NCBI GenBank assembly: GCA_017935865.1
Contig: JAGBGT010000011.1
Location: 5,461 to 69,460 of the forward strand
DNA length: 64,000 nucleotides
Reading direction: 5' to 3'
Source: Ruminococcus sp.
GTDB lineage: Bacteria > Bacillota > Clostridia > Oscillospirales > Ruminococcaceae
Of this stretch, positions 1 through 9,239 are shown piece after piece. Each line of letters opens with the position of its first letter. Positions within the stretch are counted from its first letter, which is position 1. A program made the position numbers and the translations under genes. Below the pieces are notes generated by a model that searched no databases, was not told where the DNA came from, and saw only the letters and a list, made by a program, of their open reading frames with translations.

Positions 1-346
1 GAAGATCTTCCGGGGCAGAGTCATAAAGCTGTACGACGAGGATCAGGATCTGCTGGAGGATGTGCTCATCGAGATGAAGCAGGCTATCGAGATGGCGAGC
101 ATCTACTCGGGGGTACTTTCCAGTATGACCGACGGCTTTTCCTCGGTCATCTCAAACAACCTGAACATCGTCATGTGGCGGCTCACTACGGTCACTATCC
201 TTATGGAGATACCGAATATTATTTTCGCATTTTACGGTATCAACACGGTAGACCTGCCACTGCCCTACACCTGGTTTTCCATTGCCCTTGCCGTTGTGAC
301 GACGGCTATAGCCGCTGTTATTCTTATAAAATGGAAGAAAAAATAG
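1..346 (+). CDS. CorA-family Mg2+ transporter, 3' part (truncated by window start)
   Basis: ISNNLNIVMWRLT...FYGIN (GMN-like motif) followed by a second TM helix; frame open from the window start. Confidence 0.8.
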   Translation, partial: KIFRGRVIKLYDEDQDLLEDVLIEMKQAIEMASIYSGVLSSMTDGFSSVISNNLNIVMWRLTTVTILMEIPNIIFAFYGINTVDLPLPYTWFSIALAVVTTAIAAVILIKWKKK

Positions 347-353
347 AAGATCA

Positions 354-406
354 AGGCAGCCTCTGAAGATCCATTTTTTCATGAAATGAGTTTTCAGAGG
401 TTGACT
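354..406. repeat. Short palindromic element (AGGCAGCCTCTGAA...TTCAGAGGTTGACT), terminus type shared with the 34.05-34.21 kb repeat
   Basis: Imperfect inverted repeat just after the corA-family stop; same end as AGAGGCTGCCT at 34201-34211. Confidence 0.5.
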
Positions 407-407
407 A

Positions 408-570
408 AGAGCCTGTTCAGTATCTTTTTTCGCACGTCTTTTCGGCAAATTTCGTCGCTTACTGCGTCAAAAATCCTTGTCATACGTCAGTATGTCTGCG
501 AATTTTTTCCTTGTAATCGACAAAATTATGCTCGAAAATCCGCACATAATAAAGATACTGAACAGGCTCT
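408..570. repeat. 163-bp MITE-like palindromic repeat, copy A
   Basis: Perfect 20-bp TIR AGAGCCTGTTCAGTATCTTT (408-427 / 551-570); interior similar to copies at 3904, 25859 and 34059. Confidence 0.85.
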
Positions 571-589
571 AAAACATTTCCCGAAAAAA

Positions 590-618
590 GTATATTTTCA
601 CTCTGAAAGCTCACACTA
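590..618 (+). promoter_or_regulatory. Putative sigma-G (forespore) promoter of the ger operon
   Basis: GTATA-N17-CACACTA resembles the B. subtilis sigG consensus GHATR-N17/18-CATWHTA; germinant receptor operons are sigG targets. Confidence 0.5.
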
Positions 619-636
619 ATTCTGAGGTGATAGAGA

Positions 637-2100
637 ATGACTCGGGATGAAGATAAAAAAGTGATAAGATCAGGGCTGAATGAGAGCCTTTGCTATATAA
701 AATCAGTAACAGGCAGCTCCTCGGATGTGCTGATAAACGAATTTACGACAGCCGGTATCAGTTGCGCCCTGCTTTGCTGCGACGGCATGGTCTCCTCCCA
801 GGCGGTGGCGGAGACTCTTATGCCGGCGCTGACCGGTATTCCGGAGGTGAAAAATCCGGCAGAGCTATTCCGCTGCATCCGGGAGCATATGCTCCTCTCG
901 ACGGATATGGCGGAGTCCGATGACTACGGCGATATGCTGCGGAGGCTTCACTCCGGCTTTGCGATCCTTCTGGCGGAGGGCATGGCAAAGGCGCTGGCTT
1001 TCGGGGTGCAGGGATATGCCTCCCGGAGCGTACAGGAACCCAGCGGCGAGGGAAATATCCTGGGCAGCCACGAGGGCTTCACGGAGGTCGTCCGCACCAA
1101 TATGTCCATGCTCCGGCGGCGGCTGAAAACATCCGAGCTGGTAATGAAGCTGTCAACCGTCGGCTCAAAAAGCATGACGGACATCTGCCTCTGCTACATG
1201 AAGGACAGAGTCCCGGAAAAGCTTCTGAAAAGGATAGAAAGCTCTCTCGGTGAGATCAATCTGGAATCCGTCCTTTCAACGGGATATGTCCGCCCGTTTG
1301 TGGAGCGGCGGAGCTTCGAGTTTTTCAGCTCCACAGGGCTGACGGAGCGTCCGGATGTGCTCTGTTCAAAGCTTGTCGAGGGACGCGTGGCTATCCTGGT
1401 GGACGGCGTGCCCTACGGTATAATAATTCCGCGTCTGTTCTGCGAAAGCTTCCATACGCTGGACGACTACGCATACAAGCCCTACTACTCCATTTTTATG
1501 CGGTGGATACGCTACGGCGCATTTATTATCGCCATTCTGCTTCCGGCGGTCTATACCGCCATCGCCATGTACCACCCGGAGCTGCTCAACAGCACGCTTT
1601 TGCTGCTGCTGGTTCAGGAGGAGGAAAATGCGCCCCTTTCCATTATCACGGAGGCTGTCCTTGTCTTGTTGATGTATGAGGTGATACGGGAGGCAGGAAT
1701 ACGCCTGCCAAAGCCGGTGGGCGGCGCAGTGAGCATAATAAGCGGACTGATAATCGGCGATGCCGCGGTAAAATCCGGACTTGTGAGCACTCCGCTGCTG
1801 ACGATGACAGCCCTGTCCGCCCTGGGAGGACTTGTAGTACCCGACCTTGCGCCGCAGATAACAGTCCTCCGTTTCGGCTTTCTCGTTGCGGGAGGAATGC
1901 TGGGGCTTTTCGGCATCAGCCTGCTTGCCTGCGCCGTGCTGACGAATATCTGCGCAACCGAGGATTACGGCTTCCCCTTTACAGCTCCACTTTCGCCCTT
2001 TTTCCGGGAGGGCATGGGCGATACCGTTTTCCGGCTGGGCTTCCGGAAAATGCAGAACCGCGGCTTTACCGTGGAGGAGTACCATGAACAGAATAAATAA
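637..2100 (+). CDS. gerKA: Spore germination receptor A subunit (GerA/GerKA family)
   Basis: Motifs G.HEGFTE, TERPD...L.EGRVAILVDG.P, EAGIRLPKPVGGAVSI..GLIIGDAAV.SGL. Confidence 0.9.
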   Translation: MTRDEDKKVIRSGLNESLCYIKSVTGSSSDVLINEFTTAGISCALLCCDGMVSSQAVAETLMPALTGIPEVKNPAELFRCIREHMLLSTDMAESDDYGDMLRRLHSGFAILLAEGMAKALAFGVQGYASRSVQEPSGEGNILGSHEGFTEVVRTNMSMLRRRLKTSELVMKLSTVGSKSMTDICLCYMKDRVPEKLLKRIESSLGEINLESVLSTGYVRPFVERRSFEFFSSTGLTERPDVLCSKLVEGRVAILVDGVPYGIIIPRLFCESFHTLDDYAYKPYYSIFMRWIRYGAFIIAILLPAVYTAIAMYHPELLNSTLLLLLVQEEENAPLSIITEAVLVLLMYEVIREAGIRLPKPVGGAVSIISGLIIGDAAVKSGLVSTPLLTMTALSALGGLVVPDLAPQITVLRFGFLVAGGMLGLFGISLLACAVLTNICATEDYGFPFTAPLSPFFREGMGDTVFRLGFRKMQNRGFTVEEYHEQNK

Positions 2101-3097
2101 CAGCCAGTTTATCGCGTTAATGCTTATCGGGGATGTGTTCGTGCTTTTCTGCCTCAGCGGAACGGTTACGGCGATGACTGCCACCGGATTCGGTCTGGGG
2201 AGCCTTTTGCAGCTTATCATCTGTCTGCCGGCGATGTTCAGCCTGAAAAAAGGCAGTACGCTTCTGGAAAGCGGAAAATTCCTCCAGGCGGCTGCTCTCG
2301 TTTTAGCTGTTTTTCGCGGGGGACTGCTGTTTTCCCTGCTTTGGTCGACGTCGGAAACGGTATATATCCCCTATGAGGGCAGCGGCGTTTCCGGAAAGCT
2401 GCTTGTGGCAGGTCTTATAGCCGCCGTTTGCGTATATATCTCATCATCGGGCATCAAGGCGCTGGCAAGATCGGCGCTGATAGCGGCGGCGTTAGGCGGA
2501 CTCTGCCTGGCGACGGTGGTCATCTTCGCCCTGGCGCACATGGACAGGGAAGCTCTTGAAGTCACGGAAAGGCAGGGGATATTTTCCCAGATCCTCCGCG
2601 GTTTCGGAGCAGGCGGAAGTCTCTCGTCTCTGATCCTCATGCTGGGCTGCACGGAAAACTCCGGAAGTCGCAGGAAAACGGGGACGGTCTACTTCTTTGC
2701 CCGGGGAATACTTTCGGCGGCAGTTATCCTTACGGCAGTGCTCATCTGCGGCGGAATAATGGAGATCACGGAATTTCCCGTCGCCATGGCAGCACAGCTT
2801 TCCCAGCCTTTCCCGGTGCAGCGGATAGACGCCCTTTTCCTCATCGTCTTTTCGGTTTTCGCGGTCTATGCCGTGTGTGTGGAGGCGGTGACGGCAGACA
2901 ATCTGCTGAATCAGCTTATTCCCAAACTGAAAAAATACCGCAGTACCGCGGCTCTGGCGGCGATGTGCGGCGTGGGATTTTTCTTCGGAAAGGCTCTGCG
3001 GCAGCCATGGGTCGCGGCGGCGCTGGCTGCTGCACTTCCGGTAATGTTGGCAGTCCGGCTGATCTTCCGGCGGCGGGAGGTGAGTTCGTCAGAATGA
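2084..3097 (+). CDS. Spore germination receptor B subunit (GerAB/KB-type permease)
   Basis: About 10 TM segments, FP..QRIDALF motif, overlaps the gerKA stop. Confidence 0.75.
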   Translation: MNRINNSQFIALMLIGDVFVLFCLSGTVTAMTATGFGLGSLLQLIICLPAMFSLKKGSTLLESGKFLQAAALVLAVFRGGLLFSLLWSTSETVYIPYEGSGVSGKLLVAGLIAAVCVYISSSGIKALARSALIAAALGGLCLATVVIFALAHMDREALEVTERQGIFSQILRGFGAGGSLSSLILMLGCTENSGSRRKTGTVYFFARGILSAAVILTAVLICGGIMEITEFPVAMAAQLSQPFPVQRIDALFLIVFSVFAVYAVCVEAVTADNLLNQLIPKLKKYRSTAALAAMCGVGFFFGKALRQPWVAAALAAALPVMLAVRLIFRRREVSSSE

Positions 3098-3612
3098 AAA
3101 AGATGCTTATGCTTCTGCTTTTTCCGGCAGTTCTGCTGACAGGGTGCAGCTCTCGGGGAAATGTCAACGAAAAGGCGTACCTTCGGGCTGCCGCCGTGGA
3201 CGGCGACTCGGTAACGTTTGTTTTTTTCAACGAGGACGAGGGGACTGTCACCGTGCCGCTGAGCGACCCGGAAAAGGCGAAGCCGGCTGCGGAGCTGGCG
3301 ATAGGCAAGGAGATATTCACCGGGCATACTGAGATCGTTCTGCTGGGCGACTGCGACCGGGAAGAGGTGCTGAAGCATATTCTCAAAAAGTGGAGGGTGT
3401 CACCTTCCTGCATGGCGGTGGAGTCCGATGGCAAGGGGGAGATAATTCTAAAAGCTCGGAATCCGAAGCGGCTGACCGGCATAATCGAGCAGGCTCAGGA
3501 GAAAGATCTTGCGCCAAAATGCGACATTATCACAGTTCTGAGCAGACTTCTTGACGGTGAGCCGGAGGAGATGCCGCTGCTTTCCGTCTACGGTCTGGAA
3601 TCGGAAAAATAA
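3094..3612 (+). CDS. Short Ger(x)C-family lipoprotein (172 aa)
   Basis: ATG at 3094 with GGAGG RBS; lipobox LLTGC; K.IF.GH motif; third gene of the ger operon. Confidence 0.7.
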   Translation: MKKMLMLLLFPAVLLTGCSSRGNVNEKAYLRAAAVDGDSVTFVFFNEDEGTVTVPLSDPEKAKPAAELAIGKEIFTGHTEIVLLGDCDREEVLKHILKKWRVSPSCMAVESDGKGEIILKARNPKRLTGIIEQAQEKDLAPKCDIITVLSRLLDGEPEEMPLLSVYGLESEK

Positions 3613-3631
3613 CGCAATACAGCCATTTCAA

Positions 3632-3668
3632 CCCTCCCCTGCCGGGATTTTCTCAGCAGGGGAGGGGC
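3632..3668 (+). terminator. GC-rich hairpin after the ger operon
   Basis: CCCTCCCCTGCCGGGA tttt CTCAGCAGGGGAGGGG. Confidence 0.5.
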
Positions 3669-3695
3669 GATATATTTGTATAGAGGAGAATTTTC

Positions 3696-3887
3696 ATGGA
3701 TAAACTGAAAAAAATCACAAACTGCGAAATGTGTACCAACTACATATACGATGACGATTATGACTGCTATGTCTGCATGGTGAACCTGGACGAGGATGAA
3801 ATGGCGAGGTTCCTCTCCGGGACAAATTACAGTTGTCCGTATTTCCGGCTGGATGACGAATATGGAATCGTAAGGAAGCAGAATTGA
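3696..3887 (+). CDS. Small Cys-rich conserved protein (DUF6472-like)
   Basis: CxxC..Y.YD....Y.C.VNLDEDE...CPY....DEY..VRKQ pattern; RBS GAGGAG. Confidence 0.7.
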   Translation: MDKLKKITNCEMCTNYIYDDDYDCYVCMVNLDEDEMARFLSGTNYSCPYFRLDDEYGIVRKQN

Positions 3888-3903
3888 GAACCGGTGCTGC
3901 CTT

Positions 3904-4066
3904 AGAGCCTGTTTAGTATCTGGGGATAGCCGGATTTTCGAGCAGATTTTCGTTCTGACGACGACTGAAATCCGCAGGAATACTGTATGTATTGCAAGGA
4001 TTTCGGGCTAAGTCAGGGCGAAAAGATGCCGAAAGAACGGCTATTGAAAGATACTAAACAGGCTCT
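3904..4066. repeat. 163-bp MITE-like palindromic repeat, copy B (reverse orientation)
   Basis: Perfect 18-bp TIR AGAGCCTGTTTAGTATCT; reverse complement of the interior aligns with copy A. Confidence 0.85.
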
Positions 4067-4186
4067 TAAAGATCAGTGTGTATCCACGAAGCGTAGAATT
4101 GCCTGTTTTGCGTGATCCTACGGCTCGTGGGTTTATTTTTTTGCAGGAATGTGGTATCATTCGAGATGAAAGGAGGTCAGCAGACA

Positions 4187-4798
4187 ATGGATCAGATGAA
4201 AACAGGAAAATTCATTGCTCAGATGCGTAAGGAACAAGGACTTACCCAGAGTCAGCTTGCCGATAAGCTTTTTATCAGCAACAAGACTGTCTCAAAATGG
4301 GAAACAGGAAAAGGCTTGCCGGAGGTTTCCCTGATGCTCCCTCTTTGTGAGATTCTCGGAATCAATGTCAACGAGCTTCTCACGGGAGAGAAAATACCAA
4401 TTGCAGAATACAAGGAAAAGGCGGAGGAAAATATGATGAATTTAGTACAGGAAGCTCAGGAGAGCAGGAAGAAAATAATTCTATCGGCGGTGGTGGCATT
4501 TTCGGCAGTCTTGTCCGCAGCGCCGCTTGTGGTGGTTTCGGGAATGTTTGAAATGCCTGTAGCGGCAAGAATTGCACTCATTGCCATCGCTCTTATCGTA
4601 ATAGTTATCGGGATTGCAGTTGCCTGCATCCTCGACAGAGATGCCGGAGCGTTTGAATGCAGCAAATGCCATACACGATTCGTACCGACAATGTCCGCAT
4701 ACGTCAACGGTGCTCATACCATCACCAGACGAAAGCTGAAGTGCCCGAACTGCGGCTGCAAAAGCTACTGCAAGCACGTTCTTACAAAAAGCAAATAA
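4187..4798 (+). CDS. XRE-family HTH regulator with two TM helices and a C-terminal Zn ribbon
   Basis: LTQSQLADKLFISNKTVSKWETGK HTH; hydrophobic pair; CSKC...CPNCG; AGGAGG RBS before ATG 4187. Confidence 0.85.
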   Translation: MDQMKTGKFIAQMRKEQGLTQSQLADKLFISNKTVSKWETGKGLPEVSLMLPLCEILGINVNELLTGEKIPIAEYKEKAEENMMNLVQEAQESRKKIILSAVVAFSAVLSAAPLVVVSGMFEMPVAARIALIAIALIVIVIGIAVACILDRDAGAFECSKCHTRFVPTMSAYVNGAHTITRRKLKCPNCGCKSYCKHVLTKSK

Positions 4799-4950
4799 GG
4801 ATTATATTTTGAAAATAGACCCTGTTCAGCTTTGCTGAAAACTGGATAGGGAGAAACCGCAGTATCGGGAAGATGCTGCGGTATTGCCTGAACACGACAA
4901 AAGCACTTGCTCTGGCAGGTGCTTTTTTTCGGAGAGATATTTCCCGGAAA

Positions 4951-4979
4951 TCATTTTTTTATTTTCGTGTGCATATAAA
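4951..4979 (+). promoter_or_regulatory. Putative sigma-E promoter of spoIIID
   Basis: TCATTTT-N14-CATATAAA against the B. subtilis sigE consensus (T/G)(A/C)ATA(A/T)(A/T)-N14-CATACA(A/C)T; spoIIID is a canonical sigE gene. Confidence 0.5.
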
Positions 4980-5009
4980 TTGGGTATACGAAGATAAGGA
5001 GTGATAGGG

Positions 5010-5122
5010 GTGAAGACAGAACCGTTTCGGCGAGCCGTCGCTCTGGGACAGTTTATCGTGGAAAACAATGCTACTGTCCGCAGCACGGCGAAAAAATTCG
5101 GGATCTCAAAAAGCACTGTACA
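5010..5122 (+). CDS. spoIIID: spoIIID 5' half (codons 1-37 plus CA of His38), interrupted by an integrated element
   Basis: RBS AAGGAG, GTG start, MKTEPFRRAVALGQFIVENNATVRSTAKKFGISKSTV(H) matches the SpoIIID N-terminal HTH; the unrearranged frame stops at 5151-5153. Confidence 0.93.
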
Positions 5123-5143
5123 CACGGTCGTATCAAAAGGGAA
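5119..5143. other. attL of the spoIIID-interrupting element
   Basis: Core TACA (5119-5122) shared with 29759-29762; arm CGTATCAAAAGGGAA (5129-5143) is the exact reverse complement of 29740-29754. Confidence 0.9.
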
Positions 5144-5176
5144 CGGCATTTGAATCTGATTCAAGTGCCGTTTTTT
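5142..5176 (+). terminator. Intrinsic terminator just inside attL
   Basis: AACGGCATTTGAATC-T-GATTCAAGTGCCGTT followed by a T tract. Confidence 0.7.
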
Positions 5177-5252
5177 CGTTATATAGCTTGATTTTGCAAA
5201 GCGTTTATGGTATACTAATAACAGAGAGTTTATACAGAACGGAGGCGGTCGT

Positions 5253-6932
5253 ATGGCAGAACGTAAAAAAATCCCGATCGGCATTGAGGACTTTGCGGAA
5301 ATCATTAACAGGAATTGCTACTTTGTTGATAAAACGCTGATGATCAGGGACATCCTTGACAGCGGTGCAAAGGTGACTTTGTTTACACGTCCAAGAAGAT
5401 TCGGCAAGACCCTGAATATGAGTATGCTTCAGAGATTCTTTGAAAAGACGGACAGTGACAATTCCTATCTCTTTAACGGACTGCATATTTCAGATGCCGA
5501 TGAAAAGTATCTTGCGCATATGGGGCAGTATCCGGTGATAACTCTGTCGTTGAAAAGCATGAAACAGCCGGATTACAATATGGCTTATCAGATCTACAAG
5601 GATATTATCAAAGATGAATTCAGCCGACACAAGATAGTGATTTATCAATCAGAAGCTCTGGACAGCGAGGAATTGACAAGATACAAAGCCTTTCTGGACA
5701 TCAATGCAGATGATGCAGCATATAGCAAAGCAATTGGCTTTTTGTCCAAATGCCTTTGCAAGGCATATCATAAAAATGTGATCATTCTGATAGACGAATA
5801 TGACGTACCGCTTGAGAACGCCTATTTCAGAGGCTTTTATGATAAGATGATAGACCTGCTACGTTCTGTATTTGAAAGTGCTTTAAAGACAAACAATTCC
5901 CTTGAATTTGCAGTCATGACAGGCTGTCTGCGTATATCTAAGGAGAGCATTTTTACAGGATTAAATAATTTGAGGGTAAACAGTGTCAGAACTGATGCGT
6001 TCAGTGAGTATTTCGGTTTTACTGCGGAAGAAGTCAGAAGTCTTGCGGAATATTATGGGATATCAGATAAAATTGATGATATCAGAAACTGGTATGACGG
6101 ATATTATTTTGGTATGACAGACATTTATAATCCGTGGAGTGTGCTGAATTATATTCAGAATATGATGTCAATGCCTGATGCACCGCCTGAGCCTTATTGG
6201 AGCAACACGAGTTCCAATTCCATTATCTACAAGCTGATACGAGAATCAGGCGAAGAAACTCGTGATATGGTCGAGGAGCTTATGAACGGCGGAAGTATTA
6301 CAGTTCCGGTTTATGAAGATACCGTGTATGCGGATATTGATGTGAATAGTGACCATATATGGAGTTTTCTGCTGTTTACAGGGTATCTGAAACAGATAAA
6401 AACAGAACTACGTGATGATCTTTTGTACCTTACTTTGGTAATTCCGAATATTGAGGTCAGAAGTATTTATCAGAGAACGATTATGCAGTGGTTCAAGGAG
6501 AAAACAAATTCCGACTCACGCAGTGAGCTGTTTGAAGCACTGATCTCACAGGATATTGAGACGATTGAAGATACCATATGTGACTGGCTGGACGAAACGA
6601 TCAGCTTTCATGATGAAAAGGAGCAGTATTATCACGGCTTCCTGACAGGTTTGCTTTCCGGTTTCAAGGGGTATACTTTGAAATCCAACCGTGAAAGTGG
6701 TGACGGACGACCTGATTTAATGCTTCTGGAAAAACGCAGACGTAAACTTGCAGTTGTCATTGAAATCAAAGCAACCAGAGAGTTTACCAAACTTGACAGC
6801 TTGTGCGATGAGGCTCTGTATCAGATAAAGAAGTACCGCTATGAAACGGAACTCAAAAACGAGGGCTATCAGGAAATTATCAAGTACGGTATCGCTTTCT
6901 GTAAAAAGTCGTGCAGGGTGAAGATAGGATAA
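5253..6932 (+). CDS. AAA-ATPase-like domain fused to a PD-(D/E)XK nuclease (DUF1703-type)
   Basis: PIGIEDF..YFVDKT, RPRRFGKT P-loop, LIDEYD, C-terminal SNRESGDGRPD...IEIK. Confidence 0.9.
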   Translation: MAERKKIPIGIEDFAEIINRNCYFVDKTLMIRDILDSGAKVTLFTRPRRFGKTLNMSMLQRFFEKTDSDNSYLFNGLHISDADEKYLAHMGQYPVITLSLKSMKQPDYNMAYQIYKDIIKDEFSRHKIVIYQSEALDSEELTRYKAFLDINADDAAYSKAIGFLSKCLCKAYHKNVIILIDEYDVPLENAYFRGFYDKMIDLLRSVFESALKTNNSLEFAVMTGCLRISKESIFTGLNNLRVNSVRTDAFSEYFGFTAEEVRSLAEYYGISDKIDDIRNWYDGYYFGMTDIYNPWSVLNYIQNMMSMPDAPPEPYWSNTSSNSIIYKLIRESGEETRDMVEELMNGGSITVPVYEDTVYADIDVNSDHIWSFLLFTGYLKQIKTELRDDLLYLTLVIPNIEVRSIYQRTIMQWFKEKTNSDSRSELFEALISQDIETIEDTICDWLDETISFHDEKEQYYHGFLTGLLSGFKGYTLKSNRESGDGRPDLMLLEKRRRKLAVVIEIKATREFTKLDSLCDEALYQIKKYRYETELKNEGYQEIIKYGIAFCKKSCRVKIG

Positions 6933-7005
6933 AGGCAGGTTTATATTGTGCGGAGTGATAACCGTCTGGTGCTTTGAGACAGCAGACGGTTCATTTATTT
7001 TGTTT

Positions 7006-8697
7006 TTAACTGGATATTGATTTAGCGTTTGGAAAAAGCTGAGAAAAGTTTTTATTTCTATATTTGCCCAAAACAGCAGCGATAGGCTCACATCCATCAA
7101 ATTGATAGTTTGATATAACTGCTTCAAGAGTTCCGACATTTTTAAAGTTGATCATAAGCTTATCGTTATCAAAATCATCGCAGTACATATAAAACTTGCC
7201 GCTGCCATATGCCATATTATAAAACTCGTACAGTACACGGTCTATAAGTTCGTTGTCCTTACTGTTGTTAGCTCGTGAGGCATTGATTCTAAGACAGAGT
7301 ATGAATCTACCCTTGATCTTACGGAGCAGTTCAGCAAGTTCTTTATGAAAATGCATATCAGGACAGTTGCTTTTATAGCAATCGTTTGTAAGGTAGTAAG
7401 GTGGATCTATGATGAATAATACGTTTGTGTTATCCTTGTAATATTCAATCAGATCAAGGAGATTGTAGCCTGTAATCACAGCGTTGTATATGTAATTATG
7501 AAGTGCAGTGGTGTTGTTGTATCTCTCTTGGAATTTTTGCAAATACTCAGATATAGATAACTTACTTTGAGAATTGGTGCAGTGTCTGAAGAGTGTTATC
7601 GCTTCTTCCATACAATGATTCAGTTTCAAAAAAGTCTCGATTGCATCAATAGTACTTTTCTTGCTCGTAAAATCCATGTAGATGCTACTGCTTACAAGAA
7701 CGTGTATTTGTTGACAGCCATTTATTAAATCATAAGGGTCAGACTTGATTTTTGCAATCAAATCACGACGTTTACTGTCAAGTTCATTCAGTATGTATGC
7801 TTTTACATTGCGGTTATAATACATTGGCAAAACACCGCAGCAACCGCCGCAGACTTCTATGACAACAATCTTATCGTCACATATACTCAAAGCGTTCTCA
7901 AACATAGTATCAAAGCATTTATCAGTTTTGCTTCCGAGAACAGTGAAAGCCACTGGTTTGCATTTAGGCTTTTCGGAAAAGTGATTTTTCTTGTAGTATA
8001 CAACGCAGTATCTCAGTACATCAGAAAGATTCTCTTTTTTTGATAAGATAGCGGCTATTTGTACTTTCAGTCTGTTCAATTTATTCATTTGTTGTGTTGT
8101 GATTCGTGTTTCAATGGTGTTTCCGTATGGATAATTGTATTCAGTATCAAAGGCATCCAGCATAGACTTCAATTCTTCTGCTGAAAGATAAATACTATCA
8201 AGAGCATATTCAATGCTTCGATAGAGATCTTTGCCTTTTATTGCTTGAATACCGTTTCCTTTTGGCGATCTTACTTTTACGCTAAAAGGTTTATCAAGAA
8301 GTATATCTTCTGTTATTTTTATGCGTTCAATCGGAGATGGGTTAATGCGCACCCTTTTATTCATTTTAATCACAGCTTCGTTACTGAACCCATACTCCTT
8401 AGCTATCTCATATAGTTTGAGCATATTATCAATAGTATCAGATAGAGTTGTATGGTATCGTTTTGATATTCTTTTTATTTTCTTAATCCCCTTGTCAGAA
8501 AGTCTTACGCTGATTTGACAATGCTTCGAGGGCTTAATAAATAGTTCGAGTTCAGGAGCAAAGATAAGCTTATGTCTTTCTAATTTTAAATCAAAATAGT
8601 AATTAATAGCGTCTCTGATATAGGGTGAAATATCAGAGTTGCTATGTTTGGCGATGATGTCCTTTGTCACAGTAAAAGTGGAATTAGGCTTTTTCAT
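7006..8697 (-). CDS. D12/Dam-class N6-adenine DNA methyltransferase with a long N-terminal region of RHH-like repeats
   Basis: GSK, EVCGGCCG (motif I variant), YILNE, IIDPPYY, H..L...L..IKGRF in the C-terminal half; very AT-rich. Confidence 0.65.
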   Translation of the reverse strand: MKKPNSTFTVTKDIIAKHSNSDISPYIRDAINYYFDLKLERHKLIFAPELELFIKPSKHCQISVRLSDKGIKKIKRISKRYHTTLSDTIDNMLKLYEIAKEYGFSNEAVIKMNKRVRINPSPIERIKITEDILLDKPFSVKVRSPKGNGIQAIKGKDLYRSIEYALDSIYLSAEELKSMLDAFDTEYNYPYGNTIETRITTQQMNKLNRLKVQIAAILSKKENLSDVLRYCVVYYKKNHFSEKPKCKPVAFTVLGSKTDKCFDTMFENALSICDDKIVVIEVCGGCCGVLPMYYNRNVKAYILNELDSKRRDLIAKIKSDPYDLINGCQQIHVLVSSSIYMDFTSKKSTIDAIETFLKLNHCMEEAITLFRHCTNSQSKLSISEYLQKFQERYNNTTALHNYIYNAVITGYNLLDLIEYYKDNTNVLFIIDPPYYLTNDCYKSNCPDMHFHKELAELLRKIKGRFILCLRINASRANNSKDNELIDRVLYEFYNMAYGSGKFYMYCDDFDNDKLMINFKNVGTLEAVISNYQFDGCEPIAAVLGKYRNKNFSQLFPNAKSISS

Positions 8698-9239
8698 GTT
8701 GCATACACTTTCTGCTAATCTGAAATTTTATATGAAGGTCAGCAGTTGCTATACTTCATCTCAGATTTCATCTGAGAATTTCCCTGTTTTCAAAACCTCT
8801 TTTCATTTAAAGATTGAAACCCATGCTTCTAATATCTGAAAAGGCTTACTACGATTACATAGTTGGAATATAGACTGCTTTCATATGAAGATCAGCATCT
8901 AATATCCCCCATCTCAACTTCATACTCCAAACAAATTAATTCTGGAAAAAATTTTTTGTTTTAAGATCGCAATTATCATTTACAGCACACTTAACACGTG
9001 CTTCTAACAGCTGAAAAGGCTTGCTCTACACTCACAGTTGGAAAAGTTTAATGTAACTAAGCTATGAAAATAAAAAAGTAAACTCCGCACCATGAAAAAT
9101 GATACGGAGTTTTTTATTGTATAGACTGTAATATAAACAGGCTGATTTTAGCAAATCTGTCCCACGCAAGACGGTTGCAAATCTCAGAAAAACATCAAGA
9201 TTCATCATTACATACACCAAGAAAAAGGAGTATATCACC

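Noticed and set aside
5068-5340. 90-aa ORF-track call across attL, and the 4826-5305 minus-strand ORF
   Set aside because: Shadow frames; the real coding frame is spoIIID from GTG 5010 with its RBS
9148-9190. GCAAA...GCAAA pattern resembling a c-di-GMP-I riboswitch
   Set aside because: Lacks the GNRA-capped P2, the GAC before the second GCAAA and a P3 stem
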